Source: Candidatus Hodarchaeota archaeon
GTDB taxonomy: Archaea > Asgardarchaeota > Heimdallarchaeia > Hodarchaeales > Hodarchaeaceae
Assembly: GCA_016839815.1 (NCBI GenBank)
Contig: JAEOTM010000066.1
Location: 1-64,000 of the forward strand
Reading direction: 5' to 3'
DNA: 64,000 nucleotides
Shown here one piece after another: positions 9,764-18,797 of this stretch. A model generated the notes under the pieces. The model was given only the letters and a program-made list of their open reading frames with translations, was not told the DNA's origin and made no database searches. The first letter of the stretch is position 1, and each line of letters opens with the position of its first letter. Both the position numbers and the translations under genes were made by a program.

Positions 9764-10561
9764 ATGTATTTGAGGTATTCTATGACACAACTTTTGTACT
9801 TAGCACTACTAGATCCCGTTTTTGACTTTTTCCTTTTTATCTGGACTTCGTTAAATGAAATTCTCTTAGATTTAGTTGATACATTTGGAGTCTGGGGATT
9901 AATATTTGCTATGGTGTTTCAAGCTATTGTAGCTCCAATTATATCAGAAGCAGTCCTTACCGCAGCCGGATATGGATTCTATGAGAGATTCGATGATCTA
10001 GGATTGATTTTAGCTTTCGTAGGAGGAACTATTGGCTCATTACTAGGAGCAGTAATTGCATTTTATATAGCAAGGGGAGTACAGCCAATATTACAGAGAA
10101 AAGTCGTTGATGTGTATGGTAATAAAGGAGGGGATTCTGATTCTGAACCTGATCAGAAGAATTCCTTGCTATCACGATTAGCTAATTTTCTTGCCCGGTT
10201 TATTGATGAGGATTCGGAATATTTCCTTGATCTAATTGAAGAGCGTGGGTTTTGGTTTGTCTTAATTGGACGATTGGCTCCATTTATCCCCTTTGATGCG
10301 GTGTCTTATGGAGCTGGATTTACTCGAATAAGTTTTTGGAATTATTTTATCCCAACGGTAATAGGAACCATTCCCAGAGTTTTATTCTACATATTACTTG
10401 GAGCAGGATTAGTTTCATGGGCTGAAGATGATTTAAATCTCTTCTTTCTAATACTCTTAGGATTTATTCTAATCATCCTCGGCTTATACATGTTAAGTAT
10501 GCGCTTTCTAAGAAAAAGGGTCAACGAAAGAAGAGATGAAGAGAAAAAATCGAAAGAGTAA
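9764..10561 (+). CDS. TVP38/TMEM64/DedA (VTT domain) membrane protein
   Basis: GSLLGAVIAFYIAR, RLAPFIPFDAVSYGAG, GTIP motifs. Confidence 0.9.
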   Translation: MYLRYSMTQLLYLALLDPVFDFFLFIWTSLNEILLDLVDTFGVWGLIFAMVFQAIVAPIISEAVLTAAGYGFYERFDDLGLILAFVGGTIGSLLGAVIAFYIARGVQPILQRKVVDVYGNKGGDSDSEPDQKNSLLSRLANFLARFIDEDSEYFLDLIEERGFWFVLIGRLAPFIPFDAVSYGAGFTRISFWNYFIPTVIGTIPRVLFYILLGAGLVSWAEDDLNLFFLILLGFILIILGLYMLSMRFLRKRVNERRDEEKKSKE

Positions 10562-10655
10562 TTAGGTTTTTAAATCTGTAATACCAAAAACAGACAGCGT
10601 TCCTCCCTTTTTCTAGAAATAGCTAATCACGTATGTTGGTTCAAGCCAATGATAC

Positions 10656-11036
10656 CTATTCCATTAGGATTGCGTCAACAGTACCACTTTGACCAGGCCG
10701 AGAAGTTACACGAGCTTTCCCCTTCTCGGTCTGTATTATTGCTCCTTTTGTAATAATTTTTCGGCGAGCAAAATCTCTGTTGGCAGGATTGGCTTCAACA
10801 TCTAGAATTTCAACATTTTCTGATGTTTTCTTGTCCAGATTCGAAAGATTAGCGTATTTATGTGATAGCAGACGAATTTTCCGATTTCCCCCGCGTGTTC
10901 TTATTAACTTCCTCCTTTGATCACCAAGAATTGTGAGTGCAGGTGGGCGGGAAAGATCCCGTTTTTTCTTTTTTATTGCTGTATGATATCGTCCACCGCT
11001 AGGTTTACGAACAGATCGTTTTTGTGATCGAGCCAT
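10656..11036 (-). CDS. rps8e: 30S ribosomal protein S8e
   Basis: [26 protein letters not shown]. Confidence 0.97.
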   Translation of the reverse strand: MARSQKRSVRKPSGGRYHTAIKKKKRDLSRPPALTILGDQRRKLIRTRGGNRKIRLLSHKYANLSNLDKKTSENVEILDVEANPANRDFARRKIITKGAIIQTEKGKARVTSRPGQSGTVDAILME

Positions 11037-11114
11037 TAATGTCTCCTCTTACTATTCTATACGAGAATATATTAGAACGCCAATAATGAAGGCTTCTTCA
11101 ATATTTGGGCAATC

Positions 11115-11441
11115 TTAACTACGCTTATATCTTTCCTCTCTAATTCGTTTCTTCCGATCCAGATATTTTTTTGATTTTTTTCGTTTTATTTTATCTTGTG
11201 TGAATATCTCATCATCAATTTGGACGTGTTGGAAGGCTTTTTTATTTGCAGATATAACTATCCATGGACTTTGAGTTGATCCAATTGCTTCCACTACTTC
11301 CCCAAGGGGTTTTGATTTCCCATCTTTTGAGACAAATGCTTTGGATCCGATTTTAGGTAAGTTTATTCCTTTTAATTGAACTAGTACTTTACCTTGTGTC
11401 TTAATGGTGCATTTTCCGATTTTCATGGATGAGGGTGACAT
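11115..11441 (-). CDS. gar1: H/ACA RNP subunit Gar1/Naf1
   Basis: PKIGS..., GEVVEAIGSTQSPW pattern; adjacent to S8e as in other archaea. Confidence 0.75.
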   Translation of the reverse strand: MSPSSMKIGKCTIKTQGKVLVQLKGINLPKIGSKAFVSKDGKSKPLGEVVEAIGSTQSPWIVISANKKAFQHVQIDDEIFTQDKIKRKKSKKYLDRKKRIREERYKRS

Positions 11442-11597
11442 AATAAAACCAATTTAAGGAAAAATCATGAATATTTTTGCTATATTTGTTCTGAATATGT
11501 TAATTTTCTCTAAGTAAAATTTGAGTATCCGAAAAGGTAAGAGAAAAAAGTACATTTAGGGAAACAAACTTCGATTGTACTGTGGAGAAATTCGATA

Positions 11598-12824
11598 TTG
11601 AAACCCTTTGATGTCATAATTATTGGTGGCGGGCCAACAGGACTGTCTACCGCAATTACAATTTCAAAAAACAGTGATTTAAGTGCTTTGGTTTTAGAGG
11701 AACATTCAGAAATTGGGAATCCACTAGCTTGTGGTGAAGGAATTTCAAAAGAGAAATTATTAACTTTAGCGAATATGCCACCTATTTCCAAGGATATAAA
11801 CTCTTCAATGCTGAAATTACAAAAAGAAAAACCTTTTGTTGAACGTGAAGTGATATCACAAAGGTTTTTTTTTGGTACAACGGGCGTGGCCACCTCTAAT
11901 TTGAATATAGCGACAATTAATCGCCCCCTGTTCGATCAGCTTATGGCTAAAGAAGCAAAAGAGCTGGGTGCAACAATCCACTTAAATTCACAAGTCATTG
12001 GGATTGATCGTAAAAAGCAACAATTGGAAGTAAAAACCCAAAAAGAGTCTTTCTCTGCCCCACTAGTCATTGGATGTGATGGACCTTCAGCTCACAGTGT
12101 GCAAATGATGGGTTTAACTCCACCCACAGAATATGTACAGGGAATGGAATACAAAATTGAGGGGGTACATACTGATGCACTGGATTTCTATTTTGATTTT
12201 AGAAAGTTCCCTAAAATGCACTATGGATGGGTTTTTCCTAAAAAAGCACATACAAATGTAGGAATTGTCGCTGATACGGCTTCAAGACCGAAAGAGATTC
12301 TTGATGAATTTATAAATAATTTAAATAACGCTAATATTAAAAATAGCAAGATAGTAAAGGAAATTGCTGGAATTATACCTGCTAGTGGTCCTATCCCAAA
12401 AAGATATTGTGATAACTATTTAGTTGCAGGGGATGCTGCAGGGATGACAAATTCAATCTTCTATGGTGGGATTGCTATTGGGATTCACACAGGGATGCTT
12501 GCAGGCGACACTGCAATCAAAGCTCATGAATCTCAAAAATTTGATGAAGAGTTCCTTTCTGAATATCAAAATCTCATGAATTCCTTTCCATATTCTGATC
12601 CAGTGATTCAAGAAGCACATGATATCTTATATTCCAAGTTTTCACCTTCAGATATTGATGCATTCGGCTCATTACTTAATGGCTGGGATATAACTACGAT
12701 ATCAAGTCTACAAAAGATTATTTTACTTATTAAAGCTTTGAAAATGCCTTCAAAACTAAAACGTATTAATGATGTGCGTACAGTTGCCTATGGATTTAGT
12801 AAAAGTCGCGATTGGGGATTCTAA
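11598..12824 (+). CDS. geranylgeranyl reductase family FAD-dependent oxidoreductase
   Basis: GGGPTG, ACGEG, YGWVFPK, GDAAG motifs. Confidence 0.88.
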   Translation: MKPFDVIIIGGGPTGLSTAITISKNSDLSALVLEEHSEIGNPLACGEGISKEKLLTLANMPPISKDINSSMLKLQKEKPFVEREVISQRFFFGTTGVATSNLNIATINRPLFDQLMAKEAKELGATIHLNSQVIGIDRKKQQLEVKTQKESFSAPLVIGCDGPSAHSVQMMGLTPPTEYVQGMEYKIEGVHTDALDFYFDFRKFPKMHYGWVFPKKAHTNVGIVADTASRPKEILDEFINNLNNANIKNSKIVKEIAGIIPASGPIPKRYCDNYLVAGDAAGMTNSIFYGGIAIGIHTGMLAGDTAIKAHESQKFDEEFLSEYQNLMNSFPYSDPVIQEAHDILYSKFSPSDIDAFGSLLNGWDITTISSLQKIILLIKALKMPSKLKRINDVRTVAYGFSKSRDWGF

Positions 12825-12962
12825 CTAAAGATACAGGTGATTTTTATACTTTATATTGTTAAGTCAAGACTTAATAATACCTCATCGGTGAGTGAAAAAA
12901 TGTCGGAACTCGTCAGAGAAAGCCAGTATTAACTCTAATAATTCATACGAGGAATCTTAGAA

Positions 12963-13109
12963 ATGAAAAGTAATGCAAAAGCCTTCATTGCCTTTAGTAT
13001 TGGAATTATTCTTCTTGCTACAGCAATATCAGAAGGTCAATTTGGAGATATTGCCGATTTAATAGTAGATATTACGTCAAGTGCACTTGCAGGTATTCCA
13101 ACTCCTTAG
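12963..13109 (+). CDS. 48-aa single-TM protein, resembles CD1871A-type partner of 4Fe-4S membrane proteins
   Basis: Not in ORF track. MKSNAKAFIAFSIGIILLATAISEGQFGDIADLIVDITSSALAGIPTP, GAGG SD, 9 bp before the polyferredoxin gene. Confidence 0.65.
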   Translation: MKSNAKAFIAFSIGIILLATAISEGQFGDIADLIVDITSSALAGIPTP

Positions 13110-13118
13110 GCGATCAAA

Positions 13119-14030
13119 ATGACATGGCACAAGAAAGACAAGGCAAATCTAACAAAACTCCGTCTTCTAAGGATTTTTGTTCAATTTATTATGTTTCTAC
13201 TGATGAATCTATCATTTTTTCTCATTGGAGCAACCTGGCTAGTATTACCTGTTGTGATGCCCAAAACAATATTCACCACTTCCGAAGGAGCATTTGATCT
13301 CCTTCAACGCATGTTAACGACGGCTATTATACCTTTAATACCTTTAGCGTCATTTTTTCTCATTGGAGCTATATTTGGAAGGATGTTTTGCTCATGGGGA
13401 TGTCCTTTCGGTTTATTCCAAGATATAATTGGATTCTTAACCTCAAGAATGAATAAATATGAACCAACAAAGGATACTAACGATAGTTTACGTCAGATTG
13501 GAGAATTTCTTATGGGTGGGACAGTTTTAGTTTCAGTCGTCATTGGTGTGGGAGTCGGATTGGGTGATACTGAGCAAGTCAGAGCCTCATTTGGTGTTTT
13601 TTCTGAACAACCATGGACTGCACTAAGTCCAGCAACCTTCCTTTTCACAGTGATTCCAATATTATTCTACTGGGGAAGTATTGACACGTTCCTTAGTCTT
13701 AATACCATTGCTCAAGTAGATATTTTCTTCTGGATTCGCTTTTTGATTTTTGCTGGTGGGTTAATTCTCATTGTTTACATACCTAGGGGTTGGTGTCGGT
13801 GGTTCTGTCCCGTAGGAATAATCATGGGCCAAATAGGAAAACATTCTATGATCGGAGTTGGGAGAAATATCTCAAAGTGCACACATTGTGGTATCTGCGA
13901 AGATGTGTGTCCGATGGGAGTTCGTATTTTAGCTCATCCACCTGAAAAAGTAAGAAGTGAACATTGTACAAATTGTCTTGACTGTGTTGCAGCATGTCCA
14001 GATGATGCCATGGAAATCAAATTTCTTTGA
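13119..14030 (+). CDS. membrane 4Fe-4S binding protein (NapH/MauN/YccM family)
   Basis: GRMFCSWGCPFG, WCRWFCPVG, two CxxCxxCxxxCP clusters, several TM helices. Confidence 0.9.
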   Translation: MTWHKKDKANLTKLRLLRIFVQFIMFLLMNLSFFLIGATWLVLPVVMPKTIFTTSEGAFDLLQRMLTTAIIPLIPLASFFLIGAIFGRMFCSWGCPFGLFQDIIGFLTSRMNKYEPTKDTNDSLRQIGEFLMGGTVLVSVVIGVGVGLGDTEQVRASFGVFSEQPWTALSPATFLFTVIPILFYWGSIDTFLSLNTIAQVDIFFWIRFLIFAGGLILIVYIPRGWCRWFCPVGIIMGQIGKHSMIGVGRNISKCTHCGICEDVCPMGVRILAHPPEKVRSEHCTNCLDCVAACPDDAMEIKFL

Positions 14031-14073
14031 TTTCCCCACTCTATTAACTTATTCTACTAATATTAGAAAGGTT

Positions 14074-14298
14074 CTAACCCCAACGAAGGCGATCAATCTC
14101 ACGATCTTTTTTTAGCTTCTTCTTTATCTTTCTGTAGTGATCTGCACATAAATGAGCCTTTGTTACCTTATCTCTAACTGATAAATTTAAACCAGCTTCT
14201 TTGATTGCAGCGCCAGCTTTTTCCCTTGATACAGTCTTTTTACTCTCTTTGGAGCATCCTTCTACGTCACAACTTTTCTTTACTGGAATTTCTGTCAC
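14074..14298 (-). CDS. small conserved archaeal zinc-binding hypothetical protein
   Basis: C-x4-C ... HLCADHY and basic C-terminus ending RWG. Confidence 0.7.
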   Translation of the reverse strand: MTEIPVKKSCDVEGCSKESKKTVSREKAGAAIKEAGLNLSVRDKVTKAHLCADHYRKIKKKLKKDREIDRLRWG

Positions 14299-14318
14299 AT
14301 CACTTTCTTAATAATATT

Positions 14319-15074
14319 TCATAAGATAGGAGATAGTTCAATATGACCTGGACTGGGCTGAAATGAAAATTGGGTGTTTTCTAATTCAGAGAGAGACATT
14401 CCAGGAACCTTTATTATTTGGAGAATATCAGCGGAAGTAAGGTCTTTGCCTTCAGAAGATTCTTTTGTTAATCTGAGAACTCCATCGCAATAATGCTCTA
14501 CTGCTTGAATAATACGAGGAGAATGAACATCTCTGTGAAGAGTAAGAATGCTAACAATTCCCATTTCTTTGTCGGTAGCGATTTTGTGTTGGAGGAAAGC
14601 CATCGGGGCCTTAAGAGTTTCTGATACGAGTAAAATTGTAGTTAACGAATCCAGAACGCCGCGAACTGGTTGGGAACGAACATGTAATAAGGCTCTTCTG
14701 ATTTGATCAGTCACTTGTCGGGGTTGGGTAATATCACGAATTACATTTTCTCCTGCTGTGCTTGGCCTACCTTCAGAATAACCAAATGGATTTGAAAATG
14801 CATCAAGAAATACAAGTCGCTTTGTTTCAAAGGTTACTTCAGAAATATTATACGGGACAAAGAGAGGGGAATAGTGAGAAAATAAGTGTTCAGTTGATAG
14901 AATATATCCATATTCACCTGTTCTTAAGCCCTCAGATAAAAACTGTACGAGAATATGTTCTGTATTTATTCCTACTTCATCTTCAACCAATATTATGGAT
15001 CCACGAGGAACACCTCCGCCTAAGGCGTCATCTAAGAGCGGAATTCCAAATTTAGCACGATCTTCCATTGACAT
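14319..15074 (-). CDS. KaiC/RAD55-like RecA-fold protein with degenerate P-loop
   Basis: FGIPLLDDALGGGVPRGS and Walker B-like GVLDSLT; Walker A replaced by EDEVGINTE; start moved to ATG 15074 (GGAG SD). Confidence 0.8.
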   Translation of the reverse strand: MSMEDRAKFGIPLLDDALGGGVPRGSIILVEDEVGINTEHILVQFLSEGLRTGEYGYILSTEHLFSHYSPLFVPYNISEVTFETKRLVFLDAFSNPFGYSEGRPSTAGENVIRDITQPRQVTDQIRRALLHVRSQPVRGVLDSLTTILLVSETLKAPMAFLQHKIATDKEMGIVSILTLHRDVHSPRIIQAVEHYCDGVLRLTKESSEGKDLTSADILQIIKVPGMSLSELENTQFSFQPSPGHIELSPIL

Positions 15075-15397
15075 CTTCTGATCTCCATACTTTTCTATGC
15101 AGTTACAAATAAAATTATGTTCAAAAAAAATGAATTGCACTTTTTCATTTTTTCTTCGTTTGAAGCGTTATCTTGTTCATTTTCAATGATTTATGAACTA
15201 CCTCTATCGTGACCTTAAAAGATTGTCTGTTTTAAGTACCAGAATGTTAACGATCTTTGTCATAGGAAGAGTTAAATTAATTTTATCTTAATCTTTAACA
15301 AAAAGTAAACAGGTACTTACATATGGTTCAGAGCGGACAGTCTGAATAGCTAAAATAAGGAATAATGCAAGCTTAAGAGTGTAGGAAGCGAAAATCA

Positions 15398-16189
15398 ATG
15401 AGGATTGAATTTATTGGAATCCAGACGAAAATTTTAACTGCAAATAATGGAGATATAGTTGAATTCGTGAAATTCGCATTAGAAACAAACGAATGTAAGC
15501 TAGAAGAAAATGATATCATAATCATTGCAAGCAAAATTATCTCTACCGTAGAAGGATGTCAGATCAAAATTTCAGATATTAAAGAAGTTAGAGAAGATGT
15601 TTTTCCCTTAGCCGAGAAATCTAAACTCGATCCTCGTTTTGTAGAGTTAGTGTTCCGTGAAGCTGATGAAATTGTTGGAGCTGTTCCAGGTGCAGTACTT
15701 GCTTTAAAAAATGGAGTTCTTCAGGCCAATGCAGGCGTGGATCAGAGTAATTCAGGCGGAACTGAATATTATATAACTTTACCTAAAGATCCTGTCGAAT
15801 TTGCAAATAAAATTCGATTGCAACTCCAAAAAGTTTTTTCTGTATCAATCGGAGTGATAATTGCGGATTCAAAAACTCATCCTCTACGTAGAGGAACATC
15901 AGGTTTTGCATTAGGAGTTTCAGGTTTTTCACCAATTATTGATGATCGGGGAACCAAGGATTTATTCAATCGAGAAATGCACATAACAACAAGAGCTCTC
16001 GCGGATAACCTTGTCTGTGGTGCAGAAATATTAATGGGGGAATCAAATGAAAAGATACCAATTGTTATTGTAAAAGGGCTTAAAGAATTACCCATTCAAG
16101 AAATAAAAAATAATTATGAGAATAATGAGCAGATGAAAATGGATCCATTGAACTGCATCTATATAGGTCCTCTCTGGAAAAAATCATAA
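15398..16189 (+). CDS. cofE: CofE-family gamma-glutamyl ligase (F420-0 ligase or FolC2-like)
   Basis: ASKIISTVEG, ANAGVDQSN, PLRRGTSG, LMGES motifs. Confidence 0.85.
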   Translation: MRIEFIGIQTKILTANNGDIVEFVKFALETNECKLEENDIIIIASKIISTVEGCQIKISDIKEVREDVFPLAEKSKLDPRFVELVFREADEIVGAVPGAVLALKNGVLQANAGVDQSNSGGTEYYITLPKDPVEFANKIRLQLQKVFSVSIGVIIADSKTHPLRRGTSGFALGVSGFSPIIDDRGTKDLFNREMHITTRALADNLVCGAEILMGESNEKIPIVIVKGLKELPIQEIKNNYENNEQMKMDPLNCIYIGPLWKKS

Positions 16190-16197
16190 GAAAGAGG

Positions 16198-17076
16198 TTG
16201 GAATTCATGAGAATTAAAGGTCAAATTGGAGAGATTTCATATGGAGATGGATATAAAACCTTAATAATGGGAGTTTTGAATCTATCACCTGCTTCTTTTT
16301 ACAGAGGAAGCATCACAGAATCTTCAAATACCATTCAGAAAAAGATTATAGAATTTATGACAGAAAAGGCTGATATTATTGACGTCGGTGCCATATCGAG
16401 TGCCCCCTCTTTCATTTATGATTCTGTTGAAGATTTTTCGGAATCTAAGGAAATAGAACGATTACGGAAATTTTTCGAAAGTATAAAAGAAATAGGTTCT
16501 CAGATTCCAATTTCTGTTGATACACAATCCCATAAAACTGCAGAATTTGCCTTAAATTCGGGTGCTTCAATGATCAATGATATATCAGGATTAAAAGCAG
16601 ATGTAATGATGGCAAAAACAATATCGGAATTCAATGCTTCGGTAACCATAATGGCATGCCAGAGTCAACCTGGAGATGTTTTTGAAATTACTGATATTCT
16701 GATAGAACTACAAAAAAGCATTGATCTGGCACTTGATGCAGGGATATCACGAAAGAATATTGTTATTGATCCTGGGCTGGGAGGCTGGATTCCAGAACGA
16801 AAAACAGAGAACGATTACCTTATCATTCAGCAGTTGGACAAATTGAGGAAACTTAACCAGCCTATCTTAGTGGGAATTTCACGAAAATCTTTTATTGGTT
16901 CTATAATAGAAAAAAAACCAAATAATCGATTATGGGGGTCATTAGCAGCTACCTCTATCGCTATCAACAACGGAGCTCACATTATTCGGACACATGATGT
17001 GAAAGAAACAAGAGATACTTGTTTAATAATCGATTATATGAAATCCCTAATTGAAAAAGAAACTTCTTATAAGTGA
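16198..17076 (+). CDS. folP: dihydropteroate synthase
   Basis: MGVLNLSPASF, ISVDT, INDISG, DPG, GISRKSF, IIRTHDV. Confidence 0.93.
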   Translation: MEFMRIKGQIGEISYGDGYKTLIMGVLNLSPASFYRGSITESSNTIQKKIIEFMTEKADIIDVGAISSAPSFIYDSVEDFSESKEIERLRKFFESIKEIGSQIPISVDTQSHKTAEFALNSGASMINDISGLKADVMMAKTISEFNASVTIMACQSQPGDVFEITDILIELQKSIDLALDAGISRKNIVIDPGLGGWIPERKTENDYLIIQQLDKLRKLNQPILVGISRKSFIGSIIEKKPNNRLWGSLAATSIAINNGAHIIRTHDVKETRDTCLIIDYMKSLIEKETSYK

Positions 17077-17131
17077 TTCAGTGATTGACTATATGAAATA
17101 TTATCTTAGAAAATCAATGTAGGTTTACACT

Positions 17132-17737
17132 TTGACCAATTTAGATGAATTCTTTGGGGATAATCAATCCCAAAATGTCGATACGCTGATCGCTGTAACA
17201 AAAAAATTCTTTGTATTTGTGTCACAATTAGCAGAAATTGTTGATGAATTGGAACGAAAATACGCAGAACTTAGTAATAAAATCAGTCAAGTTTCTCAAC
17301 AACCTGCGGCGTCCCCTCCTCTGTCAGCTCCAACACCAAGTCCATCACCTCCTATTACTCAACCAACAGCACCATCGACTGCACCAACACCTCCAAGCAC
17401 CCCTCCACCAAGTTTACCAACACCTCCCTCATTTCCAACACCTCCATCACCAGTACAGGCTCAACCGTCTGCTTTTCCTCCTCCAATGACAGCTAATCCC
17501 TCATCAGAAACTCCTGCAGCTATACCATCACCATCGAGTCTTCCACCGCTACCTGGGCAATCTCCTGCTCCTCCTTCTCCTGGTTTAGCTCCACCATCAG
17601 TCGGTACGCCAATGGGAGGTCCACAAGCACCAGCACCTCAAGCTCGTCCTTCTCCCATGAGTTTAAAAGCCCAAATGAATATGGAACTTAAAGAAGCATT
17701 CTCAAGAATCCGCAAAGGCTGGGATGAAGAAAAATAA
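17132..17737 (+). CDS. hypothetical coiled-coil / proline-rich protein with C-terminal helix and W-acidic tail
   Basis: 201-aa ORF: N-terminal heptads, about 115 aa Pro/Ser/Thr/Ala-rich, ends SLKAQMNMELKEAFSRIRKGWDEEK. Confidence 0.75.
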   Translation: MTNLDEFFGDNQSQNVDTLIAVTKKFFVFVSQLAEIVDELERKYAELSNKISQVSQQPAASPPLSAPTPSPSPPITQPTAPSTAPTPPSTPPPSLPTPPSFPTPPSPVQAQPSAFPPPMTANPSSETPAAIPSPSSLPPLPGQSPAPPSPGLAPPSVGTPMGGPQAPAPQARPSPMSLKAQMNMELKEAFSRIRKGWDEEK

Positions 17738-17752
17738 AGTAACTTCCCAGAT

Positions 17753-18703
17753 TTATTTCTGTTCTCCGTAAACTAGATCGGCCAGTTCTCTAAGGCGATC
17801 AATACCTCTAATTTCATACTCAAACGTAGGTATTTCATATAAATCAAATTCTTCATACAGGTCCTTAATCTTTCCAACACTCTTCTGTTGTTCGTTATAT
17901 CGATTCTTACAATAATTACAGCCAAGATTTTCTGGTTGTAGTTGATTAATATAAATTCGAGTAATCGGAAAGGCGACTTCAAATAATGCACGAATTAATC
18001 TTTCTGTTTCCCAAATTGCCATTACAGTAGGAATCGTAACTGCTACAAATTCAGTCTCCTCATTGTTGCTCAGATGAGTTCTCGCAATTTCGACCTGATC
18101 TCTCAGTTCTTCCAGTTTATCAAATGCATCCTGTTCATCAAGATCTGATCCGCCACCAAAAAGAGATTTAAATCCACCCAGCAAGCCTCCAAGGCGACGA
18201 CGCATTTTAATTAGTCGGAATAACCAGCTTTGGGTTAGTTCTGGTAATTGGAGGAGTTTCAATGTATGTCCAGTTGGGGCTGTATCAAAGACAACTATAT
18301 CATATTCTGGATTCTGTATGAATTCCAATAGCTGAATGAAGGCAACCGTTTCATCAGTACCAGGTGGGGATAACGCATTAGGATCACCATCTCCTAATAA
18401 CTCATTAAAAGCTCCAGTAGGATCCTGTTGACTTATCATTTCAGAATAGGTGCTCATTGCTTGATCAGTATTCAATTCAATTGCCCATAAATTCTCCACA
18501 TTATTAACCTTAATATAATCGTCCCCACCTATTTGTTGGTCTAAACTATCTGATACAGAGTGAGCTGGGTCAGTTGAAACTAATAATGTATTATGACCTA
18601 GATCAGCAGCACGAATAGCTGTTGCTGCAGCCATTGTAGTTTTTCCAACACCTCCTTTTCCTCCAAAAAACAGAAAATGTTTGTTAAATAATGAATTTGA
18701 CAT
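17753..18703 (-). CDS. ArsA/GET3 (TRC40) family ATPase
   Basis: GGKGGVGKTT, STDPAHS, DTAPTGHT, CNYC zinc-hook motif. Confidence 0.93.
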   Translation of the reverse strand: MSNSLFNKHFLFFGGKGGVGKTTMAAATAIRAADLGHNTLLVSTDPAHSVSDSLDQQIGGDDYIKVNNVENLWAIELNTDQAMSTYSEMISQQDPTGAFNELLGDGDPNALSPPGTDETVAFIQLLEFIQNPEYDIVVFDTAPTGHTLKLLQLPELTQSWLFRLIKMRRRLGGLLGGFKSLFGGGSDLDEQDAFDKLEELRDQVEIARTHLSNNEETEFVAVTIPTVMAIWETERLIRALFEVAFPITRIYINQLQPENLGCNYCKNRYNEQQKSVGKIKDLYEEFDLYEIPTFEYEIRGIDRLRELADLVYGEQK

Positions 18704-18797
18704 AAAAAGGGAGGGTAGGTATTTAAAACAAGAATCTTTTGTTAAGTACTAAGATTTAACAAGATAAACAAAATGGGGATAATTATACCTATTTTAG

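Noticed and set aside
12900-12932. 10-codon mini-ORF (MSELVRESQY) with GGTGAG upstream, in frame with the 48-aa gene
   Set aside because: Separated by three TAA stops, so not a readthrough extension; too short to support
17300-17660. CCA/CCT-rich DNA as a tandem repeat
   Set aside because: Explained by proline codons with varied third positions; no fixed repeat unit
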